Of a DNA stretch of 64,000 nt, positions 21,577 to 31,900 are shown piece after piece. Under the pieces are notes generated by a model. The model was not told where the DNA came from and did no database searches. It worked only from the letters and a program-made list of their open reading frames with translations. The position numbers and the translations under genes are program-made. The DNA is taken from NCBI GenBank assembly GCA_040756875.1, contig JBFLYH010000003.1, forward strand, positions 360,907 through 424,906. The letters run 5' to 3'. The stretch comes from a candidate division FCPU426 bacterium (GTDB lineage Bacteria > Oederibacteriota > JAAXVQ01 > JAUVAV01). Numbering within the stretch: the first letter of the stretch is position 1; every line of letters begins with the position of its first letter.

Positions 21577-21786
21577 TCAGCCTTTCAGCGGGGAGGCCGG
21601 GTCGGTTTCCTGGCCCTGCTGCTTGAGGTATTCGTGCAAGGCCTGGCTGGTGACTTTGCGATTGGACGGCAGGTCCGAGGTGATGGCCGCGTCGGCCAAC
21701 TGCCGGGCCAGGACCGACATGCGGGTCACGGCCTCATATTTGCTCCCGAGTTTGTCCACGATCTTTTCAAAATCCAAGTGGTGCAT
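21577..21786 (-). CDS. rpoZ: RNA polymerase omega subunit
   Basis: 69 aa from ATG 21786 with an AGGAGG SD. GSKYEAV...ARQL...KVTSQALHE motifs. Canonical position between gmk and coaBC. Confidence 0.8.
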   Translation of the reverse strand: MHHLDFEKIVDKLGSKYEAVTRMSVLARQLADAAITSDLPSNRKVTSQALHEYLKQQGQETDPASPLKG

Positions 21787-21886
21787 GATGCAAGTTCCTC
21801 CTTGATGATATAAAGCTGTTATGCCACAGCGTACACGCGTGGGGCAAAGTGGATAGACCGATGCGCGCTGCGGTTTTATCCCACGA

Positions 21887-22462
21887 CTACCGCTTCCGGC
21901 GCAGGCGTTCGGCGGTGATGATGGCCTCGACCTGGCGTACTGCCCGCGCCAACGTGTGGTTGACCACCACATAATCATACGCATCGGCCTGGGTCATTTC
22001 CCAGCGCGCGTTGCGCAGCCGTTGGCGGATAATTTTCCTGCTGTCCGTGCCACGCCGCCGCAGCCGTTCGGCCAGCACGCGGTACGTGGGCGGTTTGACG
22101 AAAATCAGCACGGCCTCGGGGTCCTGCTTTTTGACCGCCAGGCCCCCTTGAACATCGATGACCAGGATCACGTCCCGGTCGCCGCGGCGCCGGCGGGCGA
22201 TTTCGCTCCGCAGGGTTCCGTAATAATGGCCGTGGACCTTCGCCCATTCCAAAAAACAGCCGGCGCGCAAGTGCCGTTTGAAGGTGGCTTCGTTCCAAAA
22301 GTAATATTCGCGCCCGTGCTGTTCGCGTCCGCGGCGGGGCCGGGTGGTGGCGGATATGCTCCGGCTCAATTTCCGGTCGCGGCGCAGGAGCTGCTCGCAG
22401 ATGGTGGTTTTGCCGCCGCCCGAAGGGGCCGACAAGACCAGCAACCGTCCGGTTCCACGCAT
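21887..22462 (-). CDS. gmk: Guanylate kinase
   Basis: SAPSGGGKTT, SISATTRPRR, FLEWAKVHGHYYGT, IDVQG, YDYVVVN. Confidence 0.98.
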   Translation of the reverse strand: MRGTGRLLVLSAPSGGGKTTICEQLLRRDRKLSRSISATTRPRRGREQHGREYYFWNEATFKRHLRAGCFLEWAKVHGHYYGTLRSEIARRRRGDRDVILVIDVQGGLAVKKQDPEAVLIFVKPPTYRVLAERLRRRGTDSRKIIRQRLRNARWEMTQADAYDYVVVNHTLARAVRQVEAIITAERLRRKR

Positions 22463-22475
22463 CGCCGCCTCCGGC

Positions 22476-23354
22476 CTACTCCAGATTCTGCACCTGCTCG
22501 CGGATTTTTTCCATTTCTTCCTTCAGTCCCACCACCTGGTGGGCCAGTTTGGCGTCCACGGACTTGGCGCCGAGGGTGTTGAGTTCCCGGCCGATTTCCT
22601 GAAGCAGGAAATCCATTTGCCGCCCCACGGGTTCCCCGGCCGACAGCAACTGGTGGAACTGCTCCAAATGCGAACGGAGCCGGACGACTTCCTCGGTCAC
22701 GTCGGACCGCAATTGTTTGCTGATCAATTCCTGCACCAGGCGCCGGTTGTCCGCCTCCTTGGCGCCCAGCCAATCCGCCACTTTCAACCGCATCTGCTGT
22801 TCCTGCCGCCGCCAGCTTTCCCGGGCGGCCAGTTCCACGGGGGTCAAGCGGTGCTGGATGTAGTTCACCCGGCGGCGGATGTCCTGGCCCAGGCGCCGCC
22901 CTTCGGTCAGGCGCATTTGGGCGAGACGCCGCAAAGCCTTCAGCAGGGCCTGCTTGACCAGCGGCCGGATGGGCGCGGTCTCGACCGGCCTCTCCTCGAC
23001 GCGTACAACATCCGGCAGCCGCACCAACAGCGACAGATCCAGGGCGGAAGCAAGCTTGAGGCGCTTGCCGGCGGCGCGCAAGGCTTTGAGATATTTGCCG
23101 GCCAGGGCCGTGTCCACCAGCGGCTCGCGGTCTCCGGCCAGGGGTGACAGTACGTGCAGGAAAACCTCGACCCGGCCCCGGCTGATCGCCCTTTGGACTT
23201 CGCGTTTGATAAACGGCTCCAGTTCCCACAGTCCGACAGGCAAGCGGATGCTGGTTTCCAGATGCCGGTGGTTCACCGTACGTATCTCCACGGCCACGGC
23301 CACGCCCCGGCCGCGCGCTTCGCCCCGGCCGTATCCAGTCATGCTGGCGATCAT
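22476..23354 (-). CDS. yicC: YicC/YloC family endoribonuclease
   Basis: SMTGYGR, VNHRHL, DVTEEVVRLRSHL, GRQMDFLLQEIGRELNTLGAKS, EKIREQVQNLE. Confidence 0.96.
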   Translation of the reverse strand: MIASMTGYGRGEARGRGVAVAVEIRTVNHRHLETSIRLPVGLWELEPFIKREVQRAISRGRVEVFLHVLSPLAGDREPLVDTALAGKYLKALRAAGKRLKLASALDLSLLVRLPDVVRVEERPVETAPIRPLVKQALLKALRRLAQMRLTEGRRLGQDIRRRVNYIQHRLTPVELAARESWRRQEQQMRLKVADWLGAKEADNRRLVQELISKQLRSDVTEEVVRLRSHLEQFHQLLSAGEPVGRQMDFLLQEIGRELNTLGAKSVDAKLAHQVVGLKEEMEKIREQVQNLE

Positions 23355-23599
23355 ACCGTCTCTCCGTTTCCAGCGGCCCCGCGCTCAACGGCCCAGTAAA
23401 TCAGCCAGGCCCCGGCCAGGCCCATTCCGGTAAGCAGCACGGTAAACATAAGGATGACTTCCGCCACATCAGCCCGCAGCGGCAGCAACGAAAGCAGCGT
23501 CAACAACGCCAATCCGAGCAGCAAAACCCAAAGGCTTATGGCTGCGCGGAATGACGCGTCTTTTTTACCCTTGTTTTTCAATGGTATTCTGGCAGCCAT
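23351..23599 (-). CDS. Small two-TM membrane protein of unknown function
   Basis: 82 aa with a basic N-terminus and two hydrophobic helices. ATGA overlap with yicC, and it lies downstream of a strong promoter. Confidence 0.6.
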   Translation of the reverse strand: MAARIPLKNKGKKDASFRAAISLWVLLLGLALLTLLSLLPLRADVAEVILMFTVLLTGMGLAGAWLIYWAVERGAAGNGETV

Positions 23600-23645
23600 C
23601 GCTTCCGCCTGTATTCACGCCGGAAGAATTGGATGAAAGGTTTAG

Positions 23646-23674
23646 ATTGTACTGGCAAAGGCGGTTTTTGTCAA
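23646..23674 (-). promoter_or_regulatory. Near-consensus sigma70 promoter for the yicC-gmk-rpoZ-coaBC operon
   Basis: Minus strand TTGACA-17 nt-TACAAT. Confidence 0.7.
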
Positions 23675-23701
23675 TCAGCGATATATTATATGGAAGACTG
23701 G

Positions 23702-24688
23702 TTACATCTCCAGCCTCAGGGTCACCCAGTGGTCCCACCCTTCGATGCGGTCGGTTTGCGCCGCGTAATCCAGGCGCAAGGCGATGCGTCCCCAGCCGAT
23801 GGAGGGTAGGCGCAAGCCGCCGCCGATTGCCCATGCGCCGTCCATCCAGCCGCCGCGCGCAAACAAAATCCGGTTGAAACCGTATTCCAGTCCGGCCCGC
23901 GTTTGGGGTACGCGCCGTTCGGAAAGCGTCTGCACCCCCTCAATGCTGACAAGCAGATCCTGGGCTTCCAGCCACGACCAGGCGTAGGCCACACCCAGAT
24001 GGATTACAGCGGGAAAACGGTCGCGGGCGCCGGTGGACCATTGCAAATCGGCATAGGCGTTCCGCAAAACCAGGGCCACGGTCAACCCGGAAAACGGCAG
24101 CCAGCGTGCGCCTGCATCCAATCCCCAGCCCGAGGCTTGTTCCCGCTCCAGCAAATGATAAAACCCCTTGAGGCCCAGGCCTACTGACAATTGCCGGTCG
24201 AAAAAAGGATGCCCGTAAGCCAGCCCATAACTGCCTTCGATATCCGAAAATAAATAATCCGGATTCAGCGAGTCAATGCGCCGGGCTTCCAGGGCGTAAG
24301 AGCCGGCGAAGCGGAGAATGGTCAGTCCCAGGGCGCCGAGCGGCAGGGAGCCCGTGCTCCCGGCTCGTTCGTCGGTTGGAAACGCGAAAGCGTTCAGCGG
24401 CAGCGCGAAATGCACCTGCGAATAATCGCCGCCGGCCGGAAGGGCCGCATACGTGCCCGAACCCTCGAGACGCGTCATGGACGCGAGGCCGGCCGGATTC
24501 CAGAAGCCGGCCGCGCTGTCCTCGCAGACCGCGGTGTACGCGCCGCCCAATCCCAGGGCCCGCGCATCCGCCCCCAGTTTTAGGAAGGCTCCCGCCTGTC
24601 CGCCGCCCGGTTCCGCGCGCAGGCCCGCGGCCAGGCCCAGGCAGATCAGGCAGCAGACCGCGGTTCCCAACCGCCGCGTCCAGGTCAT
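23702..24688 (-). CDS. PorV/PorQ-like outer-membrane beta-barrel, copy 2
   Basis: FLKLGADARALGLGGAYTAV.EDSAAGFWNPAGL, GWGLDAG, AGLEY, LDYA. ATGA overlap with the S8 stop. Confidence 0.82.
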   Translation of the reverse strand: MTWTRRLGTAVCCLICLGLAAGLRAEPGGGQAGAFLKLGADARALGLGGAYTAVCEDSAAGFWNPAGLASMTRLEGSGTYAALPAGGDYSQVHFALPLNAFAFPTDERAGSTGSLPLGALGLTILRFAGSYALEARRIDSLNPDYLFSDIEGSYGLAYGHPFFDRQLSVGLGLKGFYHLLEREQASGWGLDAGARWLPFSGLTVALVLRNAYADLQWSTGARDRFPAVIHLGVAYAWSWLEAQDLLVSIEGVQTLSERRVPQTRAGLEYGFNRILFARGGWMDGAWAIGGGLRLPSIGWGRIALRLDYAAQTDRIEGWDHWVTLRLEM

Positions 24689-26292
24689 CGCAGCACCGCC
24701 ATGGCTTTGACCGGGCTGGAAGGCCCGCCGGGCGACGTCATCTGAAAGTAATAGATGCCATTGGCCACGGGCTCACCCCAGCCGTTGCGGCCTTCCCACA
24801 GGATGACATTCTTGCCGGCCAGCGTGGCAGCCGCAGCCAGCGAGCGGTGGAACACCAATTCCCGGCCGGCGTCGTAAATGCGCAAGTCCACGTCCCGCGG
24901 GCGGTCCAACAGAAAAACGATCCGGGTTGCGTCGTCCTGGCCGGGCCGGAAAGGATTGGGATAATTATACGCGGTCATGACCGGCCGTTCGACCGGCGGG
25001 TTTCCCAGGGCGGCCAGCAAGTCGATCCGTCCGGCGCCGGTCTGTTCATCCGGGCCGGCCGGCCCCAGATCCACGGCGGTCGCAGCCAACGCGTTCTCCA
25101 CCTGATCGGCGCTCCATCCCGGCTGATGGCCCCACACCACGGCAGCCGCGCCGGAAACCATGGCTGCGGCCATGGACGTGCCGGCGGTCACGGCGTACTC
25201 GCCGGCTTCCGATCCGCCGACGAAATCAGAAATCCGGCTGTTTTCGCTCCAAAAGGTGCTGAGCATGCCCGTATCCTTGGAAAACAAGGTTCCGCCGGCC
25301 CCGCCCGGAGCCGCCATGTCCACCGTGGAACTGGAAGTCGAGTAGCTGGCCCGCTGGTCCCAGGGATCCGTGGCTGCGACCGAGACCACGTGGTTCAACC
25401 CGGCTGGATAAAATAGTTCCTCCTGGCCCGAATTGCCGGACGCGGCGACGATCAGGCAGCCGCGGCCGTAGGCGTCGTCCACGGCGTCCTGCACGGCCTG
25501 CGGATAATCCTGCCCTGCGGCCGGACCTCCCAAGGACAGGTTGATGATGCGCGCGCCCATGTCCACGGCCCAGCGGATGCCGGCGGCGATGTCCGCGTCC
25601 GTCCCCTCTCCCTTGTTGTTCAAAACCTTGACCGGCATGATTTTTCCGAACCAGGCGCATCCCGCCAGGCCCAGGGCATTGTCCGCGCCGGCTGCGATCA
25701 ACCCCGCTACGTGCGTGCCGTGCCCGTTGTCGTCCTGCCCGTTGGCGGGCGGAGTATACCCGGACTGGTTGACCAGCGAGATGCCTTGCACCAGGCGGTC
25801 CTTCAATTCGGGGTGTTTCAGGTCCACGCCGCTGTCCACGACTGCGATCACCAGATCGTCCCTGCCTTTGGCCAGGGACCACGCGTAATTGGCGTTGATC
25901 TTGGGCAGGTACCACTGTTGATATTGCCGCTGGTTGTGGTCCGGACGGTAGTAGGGATCATTGGGCGTGACTTCCACGGCCAGGGCGTGCCGCCAGTAAT
26001 TGGGTTGCACCTGCAGCACGCCGGGATCCCGGCGAAGGGCCGCGGCGGCGCTGAACACCGAAGCGCCGGAGGACGGCGACTGCCGTCTCCAGCCCAAAGC
26101 GGCGAGCGGGTCAGCCGGCGAGGTCCCCGGAGGGGTCCGCCCTTTCACCAGCACGTCCTCGGGCTGGCGCTGGACTACCTGGGCCGGCTGGACCAGGACC
26201 GGTTCCGATGCCTGGGCGCTGCATACGCCAACCGCCAGACAGCAGGCCGCCAGCAAAACCCAGGTGCTTGTACGTCGTGAGTCAAATGTCAT
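24685..26292 (-). CDS. S8 subtilisin-like serine protease with C-terminal YNYPNPF / FlgD-Ig domain, copy 2
   Basis: Signal peptide, AVVDSG / GHGTHVAG / GTSMAA triad, and tail YNYPNPF...IYDAG...WEGRNGWG..VANGIY. TAATG overlap with the clpB stop. Confidence 0.92.
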   Translation of the reverse strand: MTFDSRRTSTWVLLAACCLAVGVCSAQASEPVLVQPAQVVQRQPEDVLVKGRTPPGTSPADPLAALGWRRQSPSSGASVFSAAAALRRDPGVLQVQPNYWRHALAVEVTPNDPYYRPDHNQRQYQQWYLPKINANYAWSLAKGRDDLVIAVVDSGVDLKHPELKDRLVQGISLVNQSGYTPPANGQDDNGHGTHVAGLIAAGADNALGLAGCAWFGKIMPVKVLNNKGEGTDADIAAGIRWAVDMGARIINLSLGGPAAGQDYPQAVQDAVDDAYGRGCLIVAASGNSGQEELFYPAGLNHVVSVAATDPWDQRASYSTSSSTVDMAAPGGAGGTLFSKDTGMLSTFWSENSRISDFVGGSEAGEYAVTAGTSMAAAMVSGAAAVVWGHQPGWSADQVENALAATAVDLGPAGPDEQTGAGRIDLLAALGNPPVERPVMTAYNYPNPFRPGQDDATRIVFLLDRPRDVDLRIYDAGRELVFHRSLAAAATLAGKNVILWEGRNGWGEPVANGIYYFQMTSPGGPSSPVKAMAVLR

Positions 26293-28871
26293 TAGCGCGA
26301 CTTCCCTTTGGTCAACTGTATCGTTTCACCCTCCAGGCGCCCCTGAATGACGTCGCCGGGCTGAAAATCGCCGGCGACCAGCCTCTTAGCCAAGGGATCC
26401 GCGAGCAGCCTTTGCAGCGCCCGTTTCAATGGCCGCGCCCCGTATACGGGATCGTATCCCTCCCTCGCGATCAAGTCCTTGGCCCGGTCGTCCAGCTCCA
26501 GCCTGAGCCGTTTGGCCTCCAGCCGGGTTTTCAGGTGTTCCAGCTGCCGCTCCACGATTTGGCGCAGCAATCCGTCGTTGAGACGGTGGAAAATGATGAT
26601 GTCGTCCAGGCGGTTGAGAAATTCCGGCTTGAATTGGGCGCGCAACTCTTCCATCACCGCGGTCTGCAGCTCGTCCTCAGACGCGCCGGCCATGCGTGAC
26701 AGCGTTGCGCCGCCGACATTGCTGGTCAGGATGATCAGCGCCTGGCGGAAATCCACGGTCCGTCCCTGGCCGTCGGTCAACCGCCCGTCATCCAGAACCT
26801 GCAGCAGAATGGAAAACACCTCGGGATGGGCTTTTTCGATCTCGTCGAACAGGATGAGGCAGTATGGCCGGCGCCTGACCACTTCGGTCAGCTGTCCGCC
26901 TTCCTCGTAGCCCACGTATCCCGGGGGCGCCCCGATCAGGCGGGCCACGGAATGGCGCTCCATGTATTCGGACATGTCGATCCTCACCATGGCGGATTCG
27001 TCGTCGAACAGAAACGCCGCCAGGGCGCGCGCAAGTTCGGTCTTGCCCACGCCGGTGGGGCCGAGAAACAGAAAAGACCCCAGCGGCCGGTTGGGCTCAG
27101 CCAGGCCGGAGCGCGCGCGGCGTACGGCGTCGGAAACCGCCTGCACGGCCTCGTCCTGCCCCACGACCCGCCGCCGCAGCGTTTCCTCCATCGTCAGCAA
27201 CTTGGCGGTCTCGCCTTGCAGAAGCTTGGTCACGGGGATGCCCGTCCAGCGGGCGACGACTTCGGCCACGTCTTCCTCGTCCACTTCGTCCTTCAGCAGG
27301 GCCTGCTCTTTGGCGGACGGCCCCGCCTGATCCAGTTTGGCCTGCAGCTCGCGCAGGCGGCCGTAACGGATCTCGGCCACCCGTTCGAGGTTGCCTTCCC
27401 GTTCCGCCCGCGCTTCCTCCTGTTTAAGCGCCTCCACCTGTTCCTTGAGCTTCTGCGCCGTTTCGATTTCCTGCTTTTCGCGCTGCCATTGGTCGCGCAG
27501 GGTGTTGCGGCGCGCCGACTGGGCCTTCAACTCCTGCTCCAGGTGGCGCATCCGGTTTTGGACCGCTTCCCCGGATTCGCGCTTCAAGGCTTCCCGTTCG
27601 ATCTCCAGCTGCCTGACTTTGCGTTCGACCTCGTCCAGTTCGGACGGCAGACTGTCGATCTCGGTGCGCAGGCGCGAGGCGGCTTCATCCACCAGGTCGA
27701 TGGCCTTGTCCGGCAAAAAGCGGCCGGTGATGTAGCGGTGCGACAATTCCGCGGCCGCCACCAACGCGGCGTCGCGGATTTTCACCCCGTGGTGCAACTC
27801 GTAGCGCTCCCGCAAGCCGCGCAAAATGGACACCGTGTCCGCCACGGTCGGCTCGCCGACCATCACCACCTGGAAGCGCCGCTCCAGCGCCGCGTCCTTC
27901 TCGATGTATTTTTTATATTCGTTCAAGGTCGTGGCGCCGATGCAGCGCAGTTCGCCGCGCGCCAGGGCGGGTTTCAGCATGTTGGAGGCGTCGATCGCGC
28001 CTTCCGCCGCCCCGGCGCCCACCACGGTATGCAGTTCGTCGATGAAAAGGATGACTTCCCCGCCGGCGTCGGCGATCTCCTTCAGGACCGCCTTGAGGCG
28101 GTCCTCGAATTCGCCGCGGTATTTGGCGCCGGCCAGGAGGGCGCCCATGTCCAGGGACAGCACCCGCTTGTGCTTCAATCCTTCGGGGACATCCCGGGCG
28201 ATAATGCGCTGAGCCAGCCCTTCGGCAATGGCGGTCTTCCCCACCCCGGGCTCGCCGATGAGCACCGGATTGTTTTTGGTGCGCCGCGACAGCACCTGGA
28301 TGACGCGGCGGATCTCCGCGTCGCGTCCAATGACCGGATCGAGCTTGCCGGATTGCGCCCGATCGGTCAAATCCGTGCAGTACCGTTTCAGCGCCTGGTA
28401 CTTGTCCTCGGGATTGGGATCAGTGACGCGGTGGCTTCCGCGGATTTCCTGCAACGCCGACAGGGCGGACTCTGGCTTGACGCCGGCCGCGGACAGGACT
28501 TTGCCGGCGGTTCCGCGGTCCGCTAGCATGGCCAAAAAGAGGTGCTCAGTGGACAGGTATTCGTCCTGAAGTTCCTGGGTCTTGGTCCAGGCCGTTTCGA
28601 GCACCTGGTTGAGGTCGCGGGACGGGGCGGGCTGGGCGGCAGCTCCGGCCACTTGAGGCAGGCGCTTCAGTTCCGCCTCGGCCAAACGGCCGAGCAGGCC
28701 CGCATCCAGGCCCAGCTTTTCCAACAAGAGGGGAACCACCCCTCCGGTCTCGGCCAGCAACGCCTGCAGCAGGTGTAGCGGCTGGACTTCGGGGTGCCCG
28801 CGCTCCGCCGCCGCGGCAACGGCTTGCTGCAGCGCTTCCTGGCTTTTGACGGTAAAGCGATCGTAACGCAT
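26292..28871 (-). CDS. clpB: ATP-dependent chaperone ClpB
   Basis: 859 aa with two AAA+ modules ([17 protein letters not shown]), a coiled-coil middle domain and GARPLKR. Confidence 0.98.
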   Translation of the reverse strand: MRYDRFTVKSQEALQQAVAAAAERGHPEVQPLHLLQALLAETGGVVPLLLEKLGLDAGLLGRLAEAELKRLPQVAGAAAQPAPSRDLNQVLETAWTKTQELQDEYLSTEHLFLAMLADRGTAGKVLSAAGVKPESALSALQEIRGSHRVTDPNPEDKYQALKRYCTDLTDRAQSGKLDPVIGRDAEIRRVIQVLSRRTKNNPVLIGEPGVGKTAIAEGLAQRIIARDVPEGLKHKRVLSLDMGALLAGAKYRGEFEDRLKAVLKEIADAGGEVILFIDELHTVVGAGAAEGAIDASNMLKPALARGELRCIGATTLNEYKKYIEKDAALERRFQVVMVGEPTVADTVSILRGLRERYELHHGVKIRDAALVAAAELSHRYITGRFLPDKAIDLVDEAASRLRTEIDSLPSELDEVERKVRQLEIEREALKRESGEAVQNRMRHLEQELKAQSARRNTLRDQWQREKQEIETAQKLKEQVEALKQEEARAEREGNLERVAEIRYGRLRELQAKLDQAGPSAKEQALLKDEVDEEDVAEVVARWTGIPVTKLLQGETAKLLTMEETLRRRVVGQDEAVQAVSDAVRRARSGLAEPNRPLGSFLFLGPTGVGKTELARALAAFLFDDESAMVRIDMSEYMERHSVARLIGAPPGYVGYEEGGQLTEVVRRRPYCLILFDEIEKAHPEVFSILLQVLDDGRLTDGQGRTVDFRQALIILTSNVGGATLSRMAGASEDELQTAVMEELRAQFKPEFLNRLDDIIIFHRLNDGLLRQIVERQLEHLKTRLEAKRLRLELDDRAKDLIAREGYDPVYGARPLKRALQRLLADPLAKRLVAGDFQPGDVIQGRLEGETIQLTKGKSR

Positions 28872-28948
28872 GAACCATCGCTCCTTAGACAGTGATCAAT
28901 CTATAAAATATCAGAAAAACCGGCGAATATAAAGGGGGGATAAAAGAT

Positions 28949-28976
28949 GTAGGGGCGTTCAATTGAACGCCCCTAC
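28949..28976. repeat. Perfect 28-bp palindrome, GTAG-type REP-like
   Basis: gtaggggcgttcaattgaacgcccctac is its own reverse complement and lies ~18 bp past the stop of the 2236-aa gene. Confidence 0.75.
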
Positions 28977-28994
28977 TCAGGGATCTGCCAGGGA

Positions 28995-31900
28995 TTACGC
29001 CGCAGCTCCGGTCCGCAGGATCTTGCGCCGCACCGGCGGCAACGGCTTGCCCTGGGTGTCGAAGACATCCAGGAAGAACAGCAGATCGTCGCGCAGGTGG
29101 GTGTTGTAAATGCTGGCCGGCAGCGTGGTCTGGATGACTTTCCCGGAATCCAGCAGGACCTGCACAGGGAATTGCTGGAACGGCTCGATGCGGGTCATGA
29201 CTTGGAACAGGCTTTCCTGGTACGCCTCGAAATCAGCCACGTCCCGCCGGCTCACTTCACGCATCAGCAGGGTGACGACGCGCTGCAGGTTATACGGCGT
29301 GATATCGCGCTCCAGGCGGTCCAGGGCCCGCTGCAGCAACAGGCTGAAGCGCCGGTCCTTGATGGCAACCGCCACCTGGGCCAGACGCGCCGCTGAAGCC
29401 TCGGGATTTTTCAGCAGTTGTTGCTGCTCGGCCCGCAGTTGGGCCAGTTCCTGCTTGGCTTGATCCGCCGAGCGGGTCAGGTTGGCCTTAAGGCCGGGAT
29501 GGGCGCCTTCCAGCTGGTTGAAGTGGCGCTGCAGGGTGGTGGCCGGCGCGAAGTAGAACATGACCGATTGCAGCTGGTCGGATTCGGAAAGCAGAGCGAA
29601 CAACTCGGGATAAAGCGGCACCAGGTTTTGAATCCGCACCAGGTTCATCAGCAGTTTGAACACGCTGTGATTGGACAAAAACCGGTTAAACCGCACGAAC
29701 TGGCTTAAGCTGTATTTGAGGGAAACAGGCACCTCTCCGGGCTGCAAGGTTTCCAACACCCGCTGTTTTTCGATCAATCCCTGCAAATCCTGAATTTGCT
29801 GCCGAAGCAAGGGCGACAGGGATTCCATGGCCCGCCGTTCCCCGAACACCACGCGCACCATCAACTGCAGGGATTTCACGAAATCAGGATGGGTGATCAC
29901 GCGGAAAAGCGGCAGCCTGCGGCCTTGGCGGTCGCGGGTTCTGGCCACCTGGGCCAGCGTATCCATGACCAGCGACCCGGCCGCGAAACCCAGCAGCAGC
30001 GCCGAGACCACTTTGGCCATGCCCCGCTTCTGTTCGTGGGCGGTGACTTTCATCTCAGGGCTCCACGCCTCCACGTTCATGCGCGGCTGCGACACCATGC
30101 GCCCCCGCTTGAAGCGATAGAAAACATCCGAAGCGAACAAAGACGGCGGCTCGGCCACTTCCTGGCCGCGCAAACGCAGCAGGCGGTTGGCCAGGGCTTT
30201 ATCGCTGATGACCGTGGTCACGGCATCCAGGCCCAACAGCGCCTCGGCTTGGGCATTCAGCTGGCGGTCGGACAAGCCTTGCGCCGCTTGTTCGCCGAGC
30301 TGTTCCATCACGAATGATCTGGCCTCCTGCTGCCATTGCGTCAATGCCTCGCTCTCCAGGCCCAACTCCTCCTGCAGATCGTCCCGTTCCACGGCACTGG
30401 CTACGGATGAGGTTTCCAAGGTGTCGGCGTTGAACAAGGACTGCATGAACAGCGAGTTGAAATCGTATCCTGCCAGCGAAGCCAGCGCCACTTCGCTCAA
30501 ACCGAACAACAACACGCCCTGGGCTCCGGTCCTGGCGGCGCGCTCAAGGGCGCGATATGCGGACTGGTTGAAGTCCACCACCACGCGTTCCGCGCCCTGG
30601 GCCAAGGCCGGTTGGGCCGCGGTCCGCAAGGCCGTCAAGGGCAGCTGGATGCCGGTTTGCGAGGCGGCCTGAAAGCCGACGACCGAGGTCAAAAGGTTGT
30701 TGACCTGGCCGGGCGTGCTTTGCAGCTGCTGCACGGTGGCCGCGCTGACCAGCAAATACCCTTCCAATTCGGTCTGATTGCGCATTTGCGAAAGCAGCCG
30801 TTGGTGGTCGGCCAGCAGCGCGTCCCATCCCGCTTTGCCGGCAAAGGCTTTCTGTGCTTCATCCATCTTTATGGCCGGCACTTTCACGCCGACTGTCGCT
30901 TCCCCGTTCCGGCCTATCACGACGGTCAAAGGCGACAGGTTGCTGCCTGCCTCTGACAGCACGGCCAGGCTGTTGGGCGCGCGCCAGTCCGTCGGCGCCA
31001 GGCGCTGGCCGGTGGCCGGATCAACGGGAAAGAGCGTGGTCTGAATGCGGTCGGCCAGTCCCGTGCCCACGCCTGAAGCCCGCAGGCTTTCCAGCATGGC
31101 GTCGATCCTGGCTTTCAATTGCGGGTTGTCCAATCCCAGGGTGACCGTCTGCCCGTCCGGCAATGTGTTCAACACCTGCGCGGCTTGTCCGAGGATGTAG
31201 AGCGCCCGTTGTTCTGATAGCAATTGCTCCTTGGCCGACCCGGGCATGGCCAACCCGCCCAGCAAAGGAACAAAGTAGGATCTGCCACCGGGCACATAAG
31301 GCTGGGTTTCGGATGGACCGATGCCCGTGGGACTCAGCGTCAGTTGGCCGTCTTCAGTCAGTCCAGCAACCATCCGGGCGGCTTGGGCAACACTGCGTCC
31401 GGGCAATTCCTGGCCAGGGACGCTCTGGTTCAATCCCTGAGTGTTGACTGCGTTCGTCCCGGTATTGACGGTGGTCTGCGCGTTCTGCGCGCCGAGTGAC
31501 AATACGGGAACCAGGTTGGATTGTCCCGGCAGTCGCACCTCGGCAGGCAAAGCGAACGCGCCCGGCGGAGGCACGCCGTCCGCGGGATAGCGGGGCAAGC
31601 CGGTGAGATCGGTATCCACCAGCCCGGCAGTCTCGGCCGCCATGACGCCCGTGGCGAAGTCGTTGGACGCAACCGGCGCTTCCGAGGTAACGGCAGAAGC
31701 CGGCAGCTGGGAGAACGAAACCAATTGGGTTTCCTGGTCCTCCTTGCGGCCCGCTTCGACCATGTCCTCGTTTTTATCCATCATGGTTTGGACGAATCTG
31801 CTGGTCGACAATGTTTGGTCAGCCTCTTGCCGTGTCCTTCGCTTGGCTTCGGAACCATCCTCGCCGAGGCGTGCTGGCTGTACGGGCGCCGAGGCGACTG

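Noticed and set aside
21787-21984. 135-aa version of the rpoZ ORF
   Set aside because: The extension overlaps gmk, whereas ATG 21786 has an AGGAGG SD and gives a typical omega length.
28872-28948. Heat-shock operator (CIRCE or CtsR box) upstream of clpB
   Set aside because: I found no TTAGCACTC-N9-GAGTGCTAA and no convincing CtsR direct repeat.
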